Notes under the pieces: model-generated | Told to the model about the DNA's origin: nothing | Seen by the model: only the letters and a program-made list of their open reading frames with translations | Databases searched by the model: none | Part shown: positions 62,200 to 64,000 of the stretch, one piece after another | Layout of the letters: each line of letters opens with the position of its first letter | Numbering within the stretch: position 1 is the first letter of the stretch | Program-made: the position numbers and the translations under genes | Assembly (NCBI RefSeq): GCF_009914755.1 | Contig: NC_060943.1 | DNA length: 64,000 nucleotides | From: the human T2T-CHM13v2.0 reference genome, Homo sapiens | Direction: 5' to 3' (one strand)

Positions 62200-63790
62200 G
62201 GGGTTTCCTACGTTGACAGTTGTGTCGCCTGCAAACACGGAGCTTTGCCTTTTCCTTAGCAGTCCGTGTGCCTTTCCTCTCCCTTTCCCGTACCCTCGTG
62301 CTGGCCGGCGCTGGCATTTCCCATGCCATGTGAGTCGTGAGGGCAAGACGGGTACCCTTCCCTGCCCTGGTCTTGGCGGTCAGCTGAGCCCCTGGCCGCG
62401 GAGCACGGTGTTAGCGGCGGGCTCGTGTGGATGCTCTCCCTCGGGTGGAGGATAAGCCCGTGGTCCTGAGTGTGCAGCGTGCGCTTTTTCGTTGCTGCTT
62501 CTAGTGTCAGCGCGGTGCTGTGGTTTCTGTTCCTCACCCCGTTGCTGTGATGGGTTTCCAGTGCTGAACGCGTCCGCCTTGGTCGGCGTGCGATTCTGTT
62601 TATCCAAGGTGGGATTCTGCTGGCTGATGGGCCGCTGAGGGGTTTTCTGCCGTGGTGGGAGCCGTGGCCTGCGGTGCTTCCTTGCGGCCACGCCTGTCTG
62701 GTTTGGTCTCTGGGTGGCGCTCCCTCGGCTTCTGTTCTGCTGTCTTTGACCAGGACTTGCGCATCCAGGGCTGTGGGCCCGGCTCTCCTTCCCTTTCTCA
62801 TGGTGATTGTTCCCAAATGCTGTGCCCACAGTGGAAGCTGTGTGGTGTCCTGGGTTCTGGGTCCACTTGCACTCTGGCCGGAAGTTCCCACATGGGTTCC
62901 TGGCTGTGGCAGGCGAGCCACACAGATCCCAGCACAGAGGATGGAAGCCCTCGCCATGGTTCCCAGCGATGGCCAGGAGGGCGCCATGGTGCCTTCCTCC
63001 GCGCGGTCTGGCTGGGCTGAGCCTTGCTCAGGAGAGGGGTGCTGTCGGGTGGTGGGGCTGCCGCAGCACTGCTCCCCCTTCTGCCTCATCTTGTCAGCGT
63101 CTGGGTCAGCACCCTGCCTCCTGGGGCCTGGGTCCATGACACGGCTGAGCAGCATGGTGTCTAGTGTGGCACAGGTGCTCCTGGCATGGAGCTGCGTTCG
63201 TGGTCTGGATTCCGTGCAGGTTTAGGTGCTCACGGTCAGGCCAGTGGCTCCTGAGATGTGTCTGGGAGCATGATTTGGGGGAAAGCGTGGCATTCTTCGT
63301 GGCTTTGGCAACACGTGTCAGAAAGAACCTGGTGGTGGGGAAAGCAGGTGTCAGTACCAGCCTCTGCCTCTGGCATCCGTCCTGTTTACAGCCAACCCTG
63401 CTGCGGAGGGTGGGTCAGAGAGGCTTCCACCTGACTGTTCCCTGCCCTTTCTGATGGAAACTTGCATCTGATATTGGAGGAAACCCTCGGAGCAACTCTC
63501 TGTGGCTTTGCCTGTGCTCCACTTGGGAGGCTCCAAGTCCTCCCGCCTGAGCAGTGTCACCAGGGAGGCTCCTAGAGACCCAGACCCCCGCTTCCTATGG
63601 GGCCGGCATTTCAGACTCCAGAGGGAAGCAGGGTTGCATATAAACCACGGTGTTTGCAGGAACAGCTTCGGCCCCAGAGCCCATCCTGTCATGGAGCGTG
63701 GGGGACCCCAGGGAGGGTTCCCAGCCCCAGGCCTGTGATGCGAGCCCGGATCTGCTTAGTGCTGCTCAGGACTTGGGATTTGAGTCATTT
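62200..63790 (-). mobile_element. Highly diverged, GC-shifted L1 relic; related relics at about 31990-32560 and 49505-50620
   Basis: Segments follow the recalled antisense L1 ORF2 pattern but are much richer in G/C. Confidence 0.5.
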
Positions 63791-64000
63791 CCTGGGTGGC
63801 TTGTCCACGGGGAATGAGGGATGTTCAGAGGGTCTGTCAGGTGTGGAGAGGGAGGAGACGGGTGTGGGGGGTGGCCCAGCACCTGCAGAGGCTCAGGATG
63901 GCTCGCCTGCGCACCTCCCATCCCGTCTCCTCCCCTCCTGGGGGCTTCCCGCGGCCTTGGAGAGCGGAGGATGTGCAGCTGCTCCTGGCCGGGGCGGGTG

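Overview
Human (primate) genomic DNA, GC-rich and very Alu-dense, recognisable from its exon translations as the AP3D1/DOT1L head-to-head locus (19p13.3). The minus strand carries AP3D1 coding exons 1-4 (start codon at 16579; the gene continues past the left edge). The plus strand carries DOT1L coding exons 1-7 (ATG at 29430; 651 nt = 217 aa of the catalytic domain; the gene continues past the right edge). Each gene has a CpG-island promoter, with about 12 kb of repeat-filled DNA between them. Almost all ORFs in the supplied track are Alu-derived or GC-rich noise. I see no new protein-coding system. The best leads are: (1) two strong-context uORFs in the DOT1L leader, one overlapping the main AUG; (2) a phase-0 antisense splice donor in DOT1L intron 1 that could give AP3D1 an upstream first exon; (3) a very young AluYe-type insertion in DOT1L intron 2 that may be polymorphic; (4) an inverted Alu pair sharing private variants upstream of DOT1L; (5) repeated reuse of the same L1-endonuclease target sites; (6) several small VNTRs. 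Repeat family names come from recalled consensus motifs and repeat boundaries are approximate; both need RepeatMasker/Dfam confirmation.
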